In this document: piece after piece, positions 25,309 to 39,529 of the stretch
How positions within the stretch are numbered: position 1 is the stretch's first letter
Layout of the letters: each line of letters starts with the position of its first letter
Source: the human T2T-CHM13v2.0 reference genome, Homo sapiens
Reading direction: 5' to 3' (one strand)
Assembly: GCF_009914755.1 (NCBI RefSeq)
Contig: NC_060926.1
Length of the DNA stretch: 64,000 nucleotides
Made by a program: the position numbers and the translations under genes
Notes under the pieces: generated by a model
The model's input: the letters and a program-made list of their open reading frames with translations, nothing else
Database searches by the model: none
Told to the model about the DNA's origin: nothing

Positions 25309-28300
25309 TGCTGCCATAGTGGATTAAGATGATGACAAAGAACTCCATTGGAAGGGTGGATTTTCTATTTATTCTACTATGAATTTTGGTGGATTTAACT
25401 ACTAATGTGGTAAAACTGAGAACATAGAGAATGTCAGCATAAGACTTTATGACATTTTACTAACTGATAAAAGCTCCCCCTAAAATTTGCTATAGTAGTG
25501 AAAAGTTCTCATATAAGCTGTATTTAATCTGCCTCAGATATTAAAGCTATTGGTTTCAGAAATTATTCAAAATTGAGAATAACAGAATTACAGGATAAAC
25601 TTTAGCCACATTCTTTTGAAGGCTGATTATGTAAGTAAAAGATATGATTTATCTGTAGCAGTTTTAGTTTTTTGAAGGTGGCATAGTGATGACCATTTAG
25701 CATCTTTGGAGTGTCAAGCACAGAATAGATGTTCAACAGTTATTTGCCTGAGAAATTGAGACTGAGATTGGAGTACTTAACCCACACAAGCTAGTTTGCT
25801 TTGTTCTCTTCCATAATTATAGATGTCACTCTTCGATCTACTGCAGATTAGTATCCTTAGTCACCAGGAAAGTTGAGACAAGGCACCTATCATGACATCA
25901 TCTAAAAGAATGTGCATGTGCTTTATTGACAGGACATCAGTAGCAATATCTTTTATAAAGATACTATCTCAAAGCTTTTATAAAGAATAACACATTATTA
26001 TAACTAAAGTTAACTGTGGTGAAGCCTGAAAATCAGATCATTTATCCATGGACAGATGTTTAAATTTCATCAAAGTGACTGCCAGACATTTTTGGATCAT
26101 GTTGTCGGATTAGCCTAATTTTGTACTTCAGAAACATAGAAGGAATCTTTTGTTGGCGGATAGGTTTTTAGAAATTACCAAAGTTTAAATCATTTATTTT
26201 ACTGATAAGGAAACATTTATATTTAAAACAAGTAAATATAAACCACATACATAGAATGTTTTTACTTCTTCATAAAATAATTTTTTATTTTCTTTATAAA
26301 TAGTGAGCTATAATAGATTGATTTTAAGGTATGCAGAATAAAGTTTAGAAGAGCCCAGTGATAATACTAGCAACAAAGTAGTGTGTTGGAATACATATTG
26401 CTTCATTACATATTACATTATTAAGTGTTATTTTGGTAGTGTTTATAGAGAGCTTTGAGATAAATAGCCTTATCTGACACAATGCAACGTTGTGGTGCCA
26501 CTGCAATTGTTATTAGGCAATTTTGCAAATGATACTGTGGGAGTGAAGAGAAGAATTGAATAAATGTGAAAATGAGAATAATTTGGACTAGAAACTATAG
26601 TGTTTATGATAAATTAGTCTCCAGAAGGTATAAATAATAGGTAATATAAACTCAAAACAGGGAAGGAATCACTTGGAGTTTTGTAAATTTAATACGTTTG
26701 TTGGACTTACAGACAAGAAATAAAAGTCTCTATAAGATGTATTTTAATTTTGTTTATATTTAAATTTTGAGTTTTTAAAGAGATAGCAGTACCCAGTTAT
26801 CTATCAGTTAAGAAATCTGGGTGTTTAAGAAAGTTTGGGTTCCTTCCATTAAAAGGGAGATTTATAAGACTTGGCTTTTGCTTGGCTTTTTCATTTTTTT
26901 AAATATCCATTTTTAAGCATATTTTATATTATGGTTCTTCTTTATTTTCAACATTTTACTGTCAAATTCTTTTGCCTTAAGGGAAGATTTATAAAATACT
27001 CTATTCTTCAGTGCATTTATATATTATGTCTCTTCCACTGGACCTGTTACTATCTTGTAACTGTTTACAGTGGTCAAGGTTTTTTTTTTTTAATTTGAAA
27101 CATATTGCTGTGGGGAAATTTCTTCTTCCTGAAATGAGCTCACCTCTATTGCCACACAATAAAAGAATTCTCAGCTTTTGAGAGCTCTGGCTTCCTTATG
27201 AAATATGGATAGACTTCTGCTTCTGAAGTGTTTTAGGTTTTTTTCTTTAGATAAGGAAGAAGAGGAATAAATAGTATGAGGTGTGTTTCTTCTTTTAAGA
27301 CACAGGAATATCTATATCAGATAAATGAGAAGAAAATTAAGAAACTTTAAAGCTCTAAATGAGAGAGCTCATTAGAAATTAGCTACTTGGATGATGAAAA
27401 TTTCTTCATCATCTACACTTAAAGGCATTTATGGTTTTTATACTACTTAGATACTTGATTTTGCAATTAGTATTTCTTTAGAATGTTTGTCCCTGATAGC
27501 TCCATCACATGGACTGTTATTCCTGAACACTCTGTTGTATTCTCCATGAAAAAATATTTTAGGAGAAAAGATAGAAAACTCAGCAATTATTTCAAGATAA
27601 TTGTTGAGGACTTCCCTTGTTTCTTTTAAAAGCATAGCCTTTTGTTAGCCAGGTAGATTTATCTTTTCTTTAACATCTTCGATCAAGTAATACTTGAGGG
27701 AAATATTCTGTAGAAAGACATCCATTGAAGGCCAGAAACATCTACAGATGCAATGTGATCCCAAGCAATGAAGCATGTGGCCCTTCATTGGCATTATATG
27801 ATAACAGGAGGATCTTCTGGCAGAAGAAGTGACTTTTGCTGCGTTCTGCATGCTGCCCCTCCAAACCCATCTTTGATTGGCACCTATGCCCTATTGAAAC
27901 TGGCATCACACCTTCTGAATGGGCACAGTGCCAGGCTAGCAGATGGGTATGGGCAAAAGCATGCCAGAAACCCAGTATGTGAATCAAGTTTAAGTATCAG
28001 GGGCCCAAATTCCCATCCAGGGATATAAAAACTACAGTCTGTTGAGAGCTTTTTGTGCTTAAGGTTAAAGGACATGCCATTTCTACTCCAACTTAGAAGT
28101 TGATTAATTTTGAAAGTCAAACAGCAGCTCCTGTGGCTGTGTCAGGCAAAATCCTGTCTTTGGTGAATGAGAATTACTACTTCGTGTAGGGAAGAGAAAG
28201 TATTGTAATGAAGTTTCCAATGAGAGTTACTCTCCTGCAAGTGCCTCCAGCACTTAAGCAGCATGCATTCAGTGGAGATGAATATTTCTGTTCTCCAGCA

Positions 28301-31038
28301 GAGCCAGGTGCAATCAAAGCCAGATCTTCAACCTGCTGCAGTAAAGAACCCTAAATTTAGAAAGGGCAGGCAAAGTTTAGAAGAACTCCTTGGTGGCAGG
28401 CAGCTCTTTTCACTATGAGCTGATGAAGCTTCACAAAATTGTATAAAGGAGATGAAGGGAAAACTCCAAATAAAAGACCTTCAGAAAATTTCATCCAGAA
28501 ACAGAAAGATTTTTAACAAACCAAAGGAAAAAGTTTAGTCCTTTCTCCTCAATGCAGAAAATCTTCTGAGTTTTCTATCAATAAAAACTTAGTTAACCAA
28601 AATGTTAGAACCAACTTAATGCATAAGTGACAAAACTTTCTATTTTTACATTTATTTCATTGCATGTCTATCATGTATATAAACTTTGCTTCTTGAATAA
28701 TGGATTTTGCATAAAATTGAGAACTCTAAACATCATATTTCCTTCTGATTGTCTCACACCCACTACAGAACTCCCCTCCCCCACCCCCTAAAAGAGGGCA
28801 CGCTTCCTTCTGATCACTTTAATCATATCTTCTAAATGCTCTAAAATTTACAGGAATGCCTGTAAGACCAGCTGTGGCCAAGAGAAGCTTTTCCTAATCG
28901 CCTTATAGCCGTTGCTTTTGCTTTTTCACTGTGTAAACTTTATCTATGGAACAGATTCCATGAGACCGTTGTGAATACTTCAACGTATTCAAAACATATA
29001 ACTGCCACAAATTAAACTACTAAAACTAAAGCTGGTGCATTGTAACTGCCAAGTAAAACTGGCACGTCCCTCTGTCAGACTGCAGGAGAGTGTGCCATAC
29101 AGTCCTCGGAAAACACAATTCATCCAGAAGCACTCTTGTCACTTGCTCTGATATTAAACCAGAGAAAGTGACATTAATTAAAGAAGTGACATGAGCCAAC
29201 AAAGGCAATGAATTCTCAGCTTTGGCTCATGTGCAGACCTTAATCCAACCTGTTCTGCTTAGGTAGTGTGGCTATTTCTGAAGAGTAACTAGTGTGGCTA
29301 CTCTCACCCCACTTCCTCTCATCTTCCCATTCTGCATCACGTGTTTGAGGAACTAACATTTTATATCCAGGGTTGGACTGGTTAATTGGTACACTGGTAG
29401 TCATTGCAGGGCTTCCCAAAATAGTAGTGTGGTGGCATGTGATGCTTTTATTGTACTTGGTAATAGTGTGAGATGTACAACTAGAGGTAGAGGAGAGTTG
29501 GTCTAACGAAAAGGCAAGCAACAGCCAAACAGCAGAATACCTAGACTTGGTAGACTGGAAGCGAGGAGGGTCTGCTGCTAGGACTGGTTGTGGAAACAAA
29601 TGGTGGCTTGGTAGGCTTTATGAAAATTCTGAAATGCTAAAGAGGCATGCTGGGGAGTGTTCATAACTTCTCTCTTTCTTTGTTCCGATGGTGTGCTTTC
29701 ACACAATGCTCACCTCATTATTTCAGACGGTCACTATTTTGTATGCTGTCTTTTTAACCTGTTTCCCCCAACATGTGTGCACACAGACACTACATTATAA
29801 ACTGCTTTCAGGCAGTCACTCACAGTGCTTAATATGGCCTTGCATGTTATAGTTCTTAAAAAATGATGTGTTAAATTAACTCTAGAACTGTTCTATTATG
29901 ATTTTCCCAATAAATAGGTTGTATGAGACAAAAAAATTCCATGCTCTATCCTATATGTGACCTGCGTGTAAGGCACTGTACTTTCAGATTTAGATAAATT
30001 CTTTTGTATCTTTTGGGGAGTTTGAAGGGATAAAAGTATGTGTTTATTCTCTTTTCAAGTATATTTTTAAAATACAAGAAGCTGTGTACTTAATCCATAG
30101 ATTGTAGAATTTATTGTGAAGAGTCTACTCTGTTAAAGCATAGTATGGAGAGGGGACTAAAAAATGGACATTGTGTTAAGACAAATCAGTTTTCTCTAAT
30201 AAAACAGTTCTTCTGAGTAGTATTTAATTGAAGTAGACCTAATAGCAAGTATAAACGTTTGTGGGGAAAAGCATGGTGTTTACTATAAAATGGATTGACT
30301 TATGTATGTATGCATGTAACATGCATAAGAAATCAACTTTTCAAAGAATGTAAGCACAACGTTAACAGAAAATAAATTATTGGGATTTCTTTTAATCCAA
30401 GTCTGTGAAAGGTTTGATTAAGGGTTTTGTACATAGTCAGAAGCTTTTGTTATGGTTTCTGGGCAGGGGTATTTTATGTTTGAGGTCGGGAATTTTCTAT
30501 CCACATAATTAGTCATGAGGTTTAATGTACATTTTTTTTTTGTATCAGGCAGACAATGTCTTCAAAGAGACAGCAGTGCTGCAAAGGAGCAAGAAAAGAA
30601 GGCCAAAGTTGACACACAGAGAGGCAAAACAGTGTAGGAAAAATCAACACGTTTTGCAAAATCAATCATTGAAAATGTGTCAGCATTCAGGAGACTGTCT
30701 TTAATTTGCAATCCAAGTGAAATAGAGTATTTAAATATGAGAGGCAGTATTATTGAGCCCAGCATGCCTGCTACCACTTGTTTGACTAGCTCAGAATAGA
30801 ACACTGAGAGGCAAGGGCTCAAAGTTAAATGAACATTTATACATTTTAAAATCAAATGAAAGATTCAGAGTATATTCATGAATTAATTTTTTTTCAAAAC
30901 CCTAAATTTAATCAGCTGGAATTACTTTAAAAGTGTCATTCTATTTAACTTTTGGGAATGATGAATTTGCCTTTTAATAGGGATGCTGTATTTTATCATG
31001 AAGATGAAACAAACTGTCTTTTGTTAATTATTCCCCAG

Positions 31039-31175
31039 AGACACTGGCCATTTTTCTCTCTCCAATGCTTAGTGTGGAGTAAAGGCAGCTTCCCGCAAAT
31101 TTATTTCAAGCAAGAGCAATCGGAAGCTTCGACATGTGTGAAAGAGGCGCATAGAGAACATAGCTTCCATTTCAG
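31039..31175 (+). other. Candidate cassette (poison) exon in VRK2 intron 2, 137 nt
   Basis: Acceptor tcttttgttaattattccccag|, donor CAG|GTATTC, in-frame TAA at 31080-31082. Confidence 0.5.
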
Positions 31176-32899
31176 GTATTCTGAGTGCCACCTAATGAAC
31201 CTCTTAGACATAATGTTACCAAAGTCTCACTGATGAGGCCATGAACATAGAACACAGAAAAGTAAAAAAGAATGAAAGAAGAGTCTGGTAAAGAGTAGTA
31301 GATGTGTCAGATGTGTCTGTAGTATCTGATAAATGCTGGGACTAGTTTTTGAATTCTTTTTTTTTAGGAAATTATCATATTTATTATAAAGTACTAAAAT
31401 CCTTCACTTAGTGTGTGCCAAGCTCTGTGTTAAGTGCATTGCATGAATTATTTCATTGAATCCTCTCAGCAGCTTAACTAAGGAAGACATTGAGGCCTAA
31501 AGAGGATACGTAAATTACCTCCTGGCCACAATTTAAAAAATGTCTCTTCTATATTTGGACTCTGGTCCCTGCCCTACTGATGTCCCTTGTCCAAGAACAC
31601 TTGAATTTATTGTTAGCCAGATAAAATAGTGACAAGTGGCATGCTTATAACAAGCTCATTTCTAAAGTAACAGCAAAATATGTAACTGATAGTATTGGCA
31701 GCTAATTTAAGAAATCTGTTAGTGATGATGCTAATAATGGTGTCATTTTCATTCAGATTGACAAGGCATAGAGCATCAGTGATATGTTTTTGATATTATT
31801 AAGATCTCAAAATCTGTGAAAGAACATCTGATATTTATAGTAAACCTAATGTTAGGCACTGGAACAATTACATTAAAAATGTACCATACCTCAAACAATA
31901 TTTTTATGGAAAAAATTGCGAATAGTCATCCAATAGTTCATGCAATCTGATGAGAAAGATTTGTTGGATTTTCATGCCTTTGCAAAACTGAATACATTTG
32001 TCTAGTTTTATACATTTTATACATTTGTTTTGAGTCAAATAAGCAACAGGAAGATCTAAATAGACCTGTTTAAATCTCTGTGATATGATTTTAATAAGCA
32101 CCATATAAAAATAGATACCTTTATAAATATTGAATGATTCTTGACTATATTTTTTCATTGGATAATAATTTAAAGATACACTGCTTAGAAAAGTAGGCCT
32201 TTTAAAGAGTAAAACAAACAGAAAATACTTAAGATAAATAGGATCGTGTTAACATATCCCTTTATGGAATTTGTTTCAGATACCACTATATTTTAGTTAT
32301 AATAAAAGTCTAGGTTTTGGAAAATTATTTTTAAATAACTAAAATTAGTTATTTCAAGATATTATACAGTAGTAATGATTATTATATACTCAAGGGTGAT
32401 TTCATGAAAAAGTTAGAACATTTCATGTAGTGGTAAACCTTTGGGTGTTTATAATAGACAACAGATAGTTATTAGCTATTACAATGCAAGATTTTATACT
32501 AGAATACTTTTTTATTTGGTGTATATATATTTAGCAAGGAAAAGAATGAACAAACACAAGTTACTACATTAAATACATGTTCTTGAGCAGTTACAGGGAT
32601 ATGGGATTATTAATGTCAAATTCTGGAGAATGTAAAGAAAAGCTATTCATTATACTTGATCTTGTTTCTATTAAAAAATCATGTATTACAGTTCTATCTT
32701 ACATCTCCAATGTCAAATGTATTATAATTGAGAATGGAGAATTAGTTATGTAAACCTTTTATCTTACACAGTGTAAGGAGGATAGTAGAAGAAAAAGTAG
32801 TAAAACCAACAACAACAACAAAAAAATCCCACACAAGACACTTCAAGAAAAGTGAGAAGAAAACAAAACAAACCTGTATAGCTAACAGGTAAATGTTGC

Positions 32900-34500
32900 T
32901 GTGTGATGAAAAGAGGAAGAAAAAATTGCCTAGTCTTCCAGAATAATCAGAATGTCTACTCTAGCAGAAAGCTTTTGAGCAAGATAAATCTTCTGAAATT
33001 AACTAGTTTAATGTAGATTGACTATAATAAAGAACTGCTGTAAAAAATAAGTATTTTTTTGGGGAGGGGAGCACTTTTAAGTTCCTTCTGACTGTGAAAA
33101 CCTGTTAAATCCTGAAAGAGGGAGTTAAATTTATAAATGATCTGTTGATATTGGCACATGGATAGAGGCCTTAAGGCAATAATGGATGCAGCTGGTAAAG
33201 AAGCAGATCTCAGTCACAGAAAAATGAGATAAAGAGACCATCAAGAAGAAAAAATAATGGTTCTATTATCTGTTTATGTAGTATATCTTTGGATAGTTAA
33301 GAATATCACATGAAAATGTAAAGACATGCAAAATAAAGACCATAATGAAAAACGTGAGAAAGATTTCCCTTATTTACAGCCTAATTTCAGCATAAAGATT
33401 AGAAAGTGCTTCAAAAGAGCAGGGCTAAAGATTCTTACATACTAGGTTTTTAAACCTAAATTACAGAATTTACAGTATTATTTAAGGAAGGGAGGTCAAC
33501 TACTTCAGCTCTCACTTCATACACTTTGAAAATAGGATTTATGATGGCTAAGAAAAATAATAGCTCTCATTCTATTGTATGGCCAAATTGAATGTCTCTT
33601 AGGAGGTAGAAGGAAACATTTGAGGTCTTAGTAAACCTGAAATCATTTCTTAATAGATTATCGCTAAAATAGGCTTGAAAGGAGTGTATGATTGAAAATG
33701 ACTTACAAGAGATAAATGAGTTAAAATATTAAGAAAAGATTTGATGATATAAAGCAAAACCAGTTTAGTAAAACTTGGGGGATTTTTTTTAAGAACTGTA
33801 AGTTATGAATGTAGAGTTTCATAACAAAATTCAAATTTCTAAATTAAATTGATGAACTGTGGTTCAGAATTATAGGGTTAACAGTTAAGTTACATATCAA
33901 CCCTTTAGGGAAGCTCAAAATGTATTTAGTTAATAATAATAAAAACAGCTAAGTTAGAGTTTATTAGTGTTAATGTTTGAGAAATAGATAAATGGGTTGG
34001 AAGATATAATTTGTGGTAAAATGAAATAAGTATGTAATATATACCACAACCAGTAAGTAACTGGCCAAAGACAGCAAAGAAAAATAACAATTATATACAT
34101 TAGTGTATTATAATAAAATTGTCAGTTAACTACATTGGAAAAAAAGTCTGTAAGCCTCAATTAAAGAAGATCAGTGACAGAACTTCATAATCGGTTGCCA
34201 AAAAAGCAATACTTAAAATGATAAGATATAAAGACACTAAAAGGTTAAGGTTTTTCATGCACATGTAAGTAAACAGTAAAGCAATAGCAGGATCTGTTGT
34301 TATTTTATATTCCACAGTAAAAATCATTAAGAGAGCTAAACAAGGATGTATATAGGGTAAAAGGTTAGTAGAACAAAGTGAAAATGTAATGATAGAATAT
34401 AATATAATGAGAATGCTATTGTTTATTTTTATCCTTGAAGAGAAAGCAGACCTTCAATAAGAAATTGTAAATATGACTGGAGATATTATAAATAAATTCA
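32900..34500 (+). mobile_element. Highly decayed L1M/HAL1-like sequence
   Basis: Strong A-rich strand skew and weak L1 ORF1/ORF2-like texture; no clear diagnostic motif. Confidence 0.35.
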
Positions 34501-34637
34501 GAAAATGACAAACCAGTTACCACTAAGTCTTCACACTGGTCTGTATGGAACCCAGGTGTAGAGGTGAAAGGGGTAAGGGTTCTGGTCTCCTGTCCCATGT
34601 TTCAACCTTAGCATTTCTGCTTTATCTGTTGCATATT

Positions 34638-37355
34638 CAGGCTTACCTTGTCTTATTGCACATCACTTTATTGTGCTTTGCAGATACTGTGTTTTTTTAC
34701 ACACTGAAGGTTGTGGCAACCCTGCATCAACCAAATCTATTAGTGCTATTTTTCCAGCAGCGTGGGCTTCATGCATGTCTCTATGTCACATTTTGGTCAT
34801 TTTGACAATATTTCAAACTTTTTTGTTATTATATCTGTTACGGTGATCTGTGATCAGTGATCTTTCTTGTGACTATCATAATTGCTTTGAGGAATCATGA
34901 ACTGCACCCATACAAGACGGTGAATTTAATTGGTAAATGTAGCACATGGCCTGACTGCACCACTCACCAGCCATGCTCCCATCATTCTCCCTTTCCTCAG
35001 ACCTCTCTATTCTCTGTGATACAGCAATTTTGAAATTAGGCCAATTAATAACCCTAACGTGGCCTTTAAGTATTCAAGTGAAAGAAAGAGTTATGCATCT
35101 CTCACTTTAAATCAAAAGCTAGAAATAATTAAGCTTAGTGAGGAAGGCATGTCGAAAGCTCAGATAGGTTAAAGGCTAGGCCTCTTAAACACCAGTTAGC
35201 CCAATTGTGAATGCAAAGGAAAAGTTCTTAAAAGAAATTAAAAGTGCTAAAGTGAAGCAGCCTTACTGCTGATAAGGAGAAAGTTTCAGTGGTCTGGATA
35301 GAAGATCAAACCAGCCACAACATTCCCTTAAGCCAAAGCCTAATCCAGAGCAAGCTCCTAACTCTCTTCCATTCTGGGAAAGCTGAGAGAGGTGAGGAAG
35401 CTGCAGAAGAAACGTTTGAAGCTAGCAAAGGTTGGTTCATGAGGTTTTAAGGAAAGAAGTCATCTCCAAAACATAAAAATGGAAGGTGAAGTGGCAAGTG
35501 CTGATGTAGAAGCTGCAGCAAGTTATCCAGAAGTTCTAGCTGAGATCAATGATGAAGGTGGTTACACTAAATAACAAATTTTCAGTGTAAATGAAACAGC
35601 CTTCTATTGGAAGAAGATACTGTGTAGGACATTCATTGCTAGAGAGAAGTCAATGCCTGGGTTCAAAGCTTCTAAGGACAGGATGCCTCTCTTCTTATGG
35701 GCTAGTGCAGATGATGACTTTAAGTCGAAGCCAGTGCTTACCATTCAGAAAATCCTAAGGCCCTTAAGAATTATGTTTACTATCTATTCTGCTTGTACCC
35801 TGTAAATGGAACAACAAAGCCTGGATGACAGCCCATCTTTTTACAGCATGGTTTACTGATTTTTTTTTTTAGTTTTATTTTTCTTATTTTAAAAATTGTG
35901 TATATTTAAGGCATATGTCACAGTTTTGTTTTTTTTTTTTTTTTAACATATGAGTGAGAACAACTGTCCCTCACCTATTTTGGGAGAAGAGGGTAGATGA
36001 AGAAGAAGTGGGTTAAAGGGTACAAACATACAGCGAGCTAAAAGGAATGAATTCAGTGTTTGATAGCAGTGTAGGATGTCTATACTTAACAAAAATGTAT
36101 TGTACTTGGGTAATGGGCACCCTGAATACCCTGACTTGGTCACTATGGTTGTATGCATGTAACAGATTTTCTCATGTACCCCATACATTTGCATGAATAA
36201 TAGAGTTTACTGAATATTTTAAGCCTGCTGTTGAAACCTACTTCTCAGAAACAAAAAAATTGCTTTCAAAACATTACTGCTTGTTGACAATGCACTTTAG
36301 TTACCCAAGAGCTCTGATGGAGATGTACAAGGAGATTAATGTTGTTTTCATGCCTGCTAACATAGTGTCCCTTCTGTAGCTCATGGATCAAAGGAGTGAC
36401 TTTAACTTTCAAGTTCTTACTATTTAAGAAATACATTTCGTAAGGCTTCAGCTGCCATAGATAATGATTCCTCAGATGGATCTGGGCAAAATGAATGGAA
36501 AGTCTTCTGGAAATGATTCACCATCCAGATGCCATTAACAGCATTCATGATTCAGGGAAGGAGATAAAAATAGCAGTGTTAACAAGAGTTTGGAAGAAGT
36601 TGTTTCCAACCCTTGTGGGTGACTTTGCGGGGTTCAAGCCTTCAGTGAAGAAGCAACTATAGATGTGACAGAAATTGCAAGAGAACTGGAGTTAGAGCTG
36701 AAAACTGAAGATGTGACTGAACTGCTCAATCTCATGATAACATTTAATTCATGAGGAGTTGCTTCTTAAGAATGAACAAAGAGAGTGGTTTCCTGAGATA
36801 GAATCTATCCTGGTAAAGATGCCATAAACATTGTTGAAATGACAGCAGAGTTTTAGAGTATTACATAAATTTAGCTGATAAAGCAGTAGCATGGTTTGAG
36901 AGGATTGTCTTCAATTTTGAAAGGTCTGTTGTAGATAAAATGCTAACAAACAACATTGTGGGCTACAGAGAAATCTTTTGTGAGAGCGAGAGTCAATTGA
37001 TGTGGCAAACTTCATTGCTATCTTTAGAAATTGCCACAGTCACCGCAGTCTTCAGCACCCACTACCCTGATCAGTCAGCAGCTATCCACATCAAGACCCT
37101 CCACAAGCAAAAAGATAACTTGCTAAAAGTTCAGATGATTGCTAAAATTTTTTTAGCAATAAAATATTTTTAAATTAAGGCATGTACGTTGTTTTTTAAA
37201 AGATACTGCTGTTGTACCCTTAATAAACTACAGTATAGTGTAAATATAACTTTTATATGTACTGGGCAACCAAAAAATTCACACTACTTGCTTCATGGCA
37301 ATATTCATTTTATTGCATTGTTGTGGAACCGAACCTGCAGTATCTCCAAAATATC
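34638..37355 (+). mobile_element. Near full-length Tigger1 (TcMar-Tigger) with a dead transposase
   Basis: TIR-like caggcttacct start and ...ggaaccgaacctgcagtatctcc end. Transposase remnant AFKYSSERKSYASLTLNQKLEIIKLSEEGMSKAQIG* from ~35061, with many stops and frameshifts. Confidence 0.93.
35860..36204. mobile_element. Composite L1MA 3'-end insertion inside Tigger1
   Basis: 9-bp TSD gtttactga at 35851-35859 and 36205-36213; sense L1MA 3'UTR ~35985-36204 preceded by two poly-T tracts. Confidence 0.8.
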
Positions 37356-39529
37356 AGGATTCCAAGAAACATTCCATTACTAAAAGAGTTTGAAGATAAC
37401 TGATTGTGCTATAATAATAAGTTATAAAGTGAAATATGTAATAGGAAAAGTTTTAATTTGGAGGGTTTTTAACAGTGTTACAGATAATACACTTTTTTTT
37501 CAAGTATACAAGAATTTATTTTAAAAATATGTGTGATTAAGAAAACATAAACATTTTTAACATGTCATAGTTTTGGAATCTAATCCAGGAAACAAATACC
37601 AGTATCACTTTGCTTGTTCTGTTTTTCTCTTTATCACTTACCTTCTTTCTCATTTCTGCATATTCAGTTTGTGCTCATTTCAAGTCCACCTTCCCTTGAA
37701 GCCTACTGCTTTTCTTTGTGCATTTTCTACCACAGTTTTACATTGTGTATTTATTTTCTGCAATATTTTTGCTTCTATTTTATAACTAAGCATATTCTAT
37801 TTTGTATTATGATTATGTACTTGTATCTTTTTTCTTATTTATAAAAATAAAGAGAAAAAAATCTTTGTACATTTCTGTGAATTTTAACACACCCACCAAC
37901 ATAATTAGGATACAGGACAGATTCATCACCCTAAAATCTTCCTCATACTATCCCTTTGTGACCATAACCTCCTTTTACCCCTAATCTCTGGCAGCCATTG
38001 ATCTATTCTGCATCACTATAGATGTGGCTTTTGGGGAATGTATGGGATTACTATAAATGGAATCATGTAATATGTGTCATTTGTGATTTTTTTTCCACTT
38101 AGTGTAATGCCTTTGAGATTGACCCAAGTTGTTGTGTGTGTCAGCAGTTTTTTATTGTCAAGTAGTAGTCTGTTGTATGAATGTATCACAGTTTGTGTAT
38201 TCTACCATTGAAGGACATTTGGGTAGTGTGATTCCTTCAACTTTTTCTTCAAAATTGTTTTAGCTATTTTAATTCCTTTGCTTTTCCATATACATAATTA
38301 ATTTATATTTCCAGAACAACGACAACAAAAATTGCTGGGATTTTAATTGATATTGAGCTAAATCTATTGATAAATTTGGGGAAAATTAACATTTCTACTA
38401 TGTAAAGTCATCCAAACCATAAGTACAGCATGTGTCCTCATTTCTTTAGGTCTTCCCTGATTTCTTATATCAGCTTTTTGTAGTTATTAGCATACTAGTC
38501 CTATACATGTATTGTTGGGTATATATTGATATATACATTTTTTGGAGCTATTGAAAATGTTCTTGGTTTTTAAATTTTAGTTTCCATTTGTACATTAGTA
38601 GTATATTAGTAGTATGTTGTGTGTTGTGTGTTGTGTGTTGACCTTACATGCTATGAATTTGGTAAACCCAGTTATTCTAGGATTGGGTTTTCTTTTGTGG
38701 CAGATTCTTTGGGAATTTCCACGTACACAATCACATCATCTGGAGATAGGGACACCTTCCTTTCCAAATGTGTGCTTTTCATTTATATTCTTAACTTCCT
38801 GCGCTGGCTAGGACTTACAGTGATTTATTGAATAGAAATAGCGAGAGTGCTCATTTTTGACTTGTTCTCATTTTTAGGGAGAATGTATTCAGCTTCTCAC
38901 TATTCAGTGTGATGTTAACTGTAGGTTTTCATACCTGCTCTTTATCAAGTTAAGCATACTGAGTTTTGATCATAAAAGGGTGTTGAATTTTGTCAATTGC
39001 CTTTTCTACTTCAATTGATATGATCAGGTGGTTCTTCTTTAGATTATTAATATGGTAGATGACATTGATTTTTGAATATTGAAACATTCTTGCATTCCTC
39101 AAATTAATTTGATTATGGTGTATTATTTTTATGTATTTCTGGATTCCATTTGCTTATATTTTGAGAATCTTTCCATCTTTGTTAAGGAGGACTATTAGTG
39201 TATACTTTTATTTATTTATTTATTTCCCCTACCATCTTTGTCTAATTTTGTATCAGGGTAATCCTGGCCTCATAAAATGAGTTCTGAAGTATTCTTTCTT
39301 TTGTTTTCTGGAAGTGAGTGTGTAGAATTAAGTGTTACTCATTTTTAAAATGTTTTGTATAGTTATACAGTGAAGCTAACTGGGTTTAGAAATATCTTTT
39401 TCAGAAAGGCATTCTTTTAAAAAAAATGGTTTCACTTTCTTTAGTGGTTATTTAGGACTAATCTGGTTATTTGTTTTAGGTAACTTAGTAGTTCATGGTT
39501 TTTAAGGAATTGCTCCATTTGTCATCAGT

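Noticed and set aside
27650-28516. Possible decayed processed pseudogene or endogenous viral ORF followed by AATAAA at ~28580
   Set aside because: The best frame has about 12 stops in ~290 codons, close to random; no recognisable homologue, poly-A tail or TSD. A tBLASTx search would settle it.
30952-31233. 93-aa ORF overlapping the candidate poison exon
   Set aside because: It runs across both splice sites, is in a different frame from VRK2 exon 2, and I cannot assign any homology.
34638-37355. Domesticated Tigger transposase gene (TIGD-like)
   Set aside because: Start codon lost, early stop, multiple frameshifts and an L1 insertion.
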